Assembly (NCBI GenBank): GCA_023454175.1
Contig: JAEXRW010000040.1
Span: forward strand, 1,925-65,924
From: Bacillota bacterium
GTDB taxonomy: Bacteria; Bacillota; Clostridia; Christensenellales; JAEXRW01
DNA: 64,000 bases
Direction: 5' to 3'
Position numbers and translations under genes: made by a program. Shown piece by piece: positions 63,367 to 64,000 of this stretch. Under the pieces are notes generated by a model that was not told where the DNA came from, did not search any database, and worked only from the letters and a program-made list of their open reading frames with translations. Every line of letters starts with the position of its first letter. Within the stretch, counting starts at the first letter, position 1.

Positions 63367-63603
63367 GTGAACTTGACACGAAAGGGGCTGTTCGCCATCG
63401 ACAACATTGTCCGGAGGCTGCGCGAGGATATGGGCCTCACGCAGGCCGAGCTTGCCGCGCACACCAACGTTTCGCGCCAGACCATCAATGCCATCGAGAC
63501 GGGGAAATACGACCCTTCCATCTGGCTCGCGTATTCGCTGTCCAGGGTATTCGGCCGACCCATCGAGCAGATTTTTATTTTTGAAGAAGGTGTTCAGTTA
63601 TGA
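63367..63603 (+). CDS. XRE-family helix-turn-helix transcriptional regulator (YozG-like)
   Basis: LTQAELAAHTNVSRQTINAIETGKYDPSIWLAYSLSRVFGRPIEQIF. Start uncertain (GTG 63367 or TTG 63373). Confidence 0.85.
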   Translation: MNLTRKGLFAIDNIVRRLREDMGLTQAELAAHTNVSRQTINAIETGKYDPSIWLAYSLSRVFGRPIEQIFIFEEGVQL

Positions 63604-64000
63604 AAGCAAATAATCTTCGCAAGCTGTATCTGGTCTATATGATCGTCATCGGAGAGCTTTTCTGCGGGGTCTTCATCGCCTGTTCCTGGTTCGTTCAGGC
63701 TGAATTGCTGCAGACACTCCTGCGGGTGGTCGGCTTTGCCGGCGCCGCGCTCATCCCCGTTATCATGTTCATTTTCTACAAGTGGCTGGCCAAAGACGGC
63801 TCGGCCACCAGTGACGAGCGTGAGCAGTTAGTCCTTCGGAAGGCGTTTTCAGTCACGGGGTTCGTGGCGCTCACCTCGCTGCCCCTCGTCGTGCTGTTTG
63901 CCTTCCTGTTTCCCTCGGCGGCATTGTATTTCCTGCTTGCCTATGGCATCGCCATTGGCGGCACGTGCAAGCTCTGTGTTTTCTACTTTTATAAAAAGTA
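63600..64000 (+). CDS. partial membrane protein (DUF2178-like partner of the HTH regulator), continues beyond the window
   Basis: ATG 63600 overlaps the HTH stop (ATGA). Open to the window end (133 codons), at least 4 hydrophobic segments, SDEREQLV loop. Not in the ORF track because it is open-ended. Confidence 0.6.
   Translation, partial: MKANNLRKLYLVYMIVIGELFCGVFIACSWFVQAELLQTLLRVVGFAGAALIPVIMFIFYKWLAKDGSATSDEREQLVLRKAFSVTGFVALTSLPLVVLFAFLFPSAALYFLLAYGIAIGGTCKLCVFYFYKK

Overview
Roughly 60 % G+C chromosomal segment (60-nt spot counts only). It looks like a Gram-positive, Clostridia-type anaerobe. That is an inference from AGGAGG-type SDs, recurrent TGGTATAAT extended -10 boxes, a sortase, YmaF- and RsfA-like genes and many lipobox proteins. 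I call 46 protein-coding genes (2 partial, 1 frameshifted), about 20 intrinsic terminators and about 10 promoters. I saw no rRNA, tRNA, CRISPR array, transposase, integrase or phage gene. Left to right: two tandem paralogous small membrane-anchored proteins; a 1355-aa secreted papain-like protease fused to LRR and cadherin-like modules; a frameshifted FGGY sugar kinase; a glnK-orf96-amt operon; a methyltransferase; a 2380-aa DUF11/SdrD-B-repeat surface protein; a MacAB-like efflux operon; an RCC1-repeat lipoprotein; YmaF; an NCS2 permease; sortase; an M15 peptidase; IspA; a DUF5050-like lipoprotein; an esterase; an OmpR/HK two-component pair; an MBL hydrolase; an AT-rich island carrying a catalytically dead paralogue of the papain-like protease; a PHP phosphatase; a YdeI-like protein; then a four-gene operon preceded by about 0.8 kb of hairpin-dense non-coding DNA; an RsfA-like regulator; asnS; hypothetical proteins and lipoproteins; a B12-binding radical SAM protein; a Zn peptidase; a HAD hydrolase; a third C1 peptidase (lipoprotein); a methyltransferase; a TVP38 protein; and an XRE-HTH plus membrane-protein pair. 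Best candidates for something new: (1) the operon 41477-47300, made of an orphan 787-aa protein, a nucleoside 2-deoxyribosyltransferase-like protein, a double-HKD PLD-family protein and an AhpD/CMD-like protein; (2) a modular intergenic repeat family (CCCCGCAGG box + GNRA-type hairpin + 7-nt-period AT-rich micro-arrays) in at least 7 loci, often between a stop codon and its terminator and once splitting a two-component operon; (3) a duplicated ~180-nt element with compensatory changes; (4) the protease pseudo-enzyme in an AT-rich island. All calls are by eye from motifs. No searches, folding or statistics were run.
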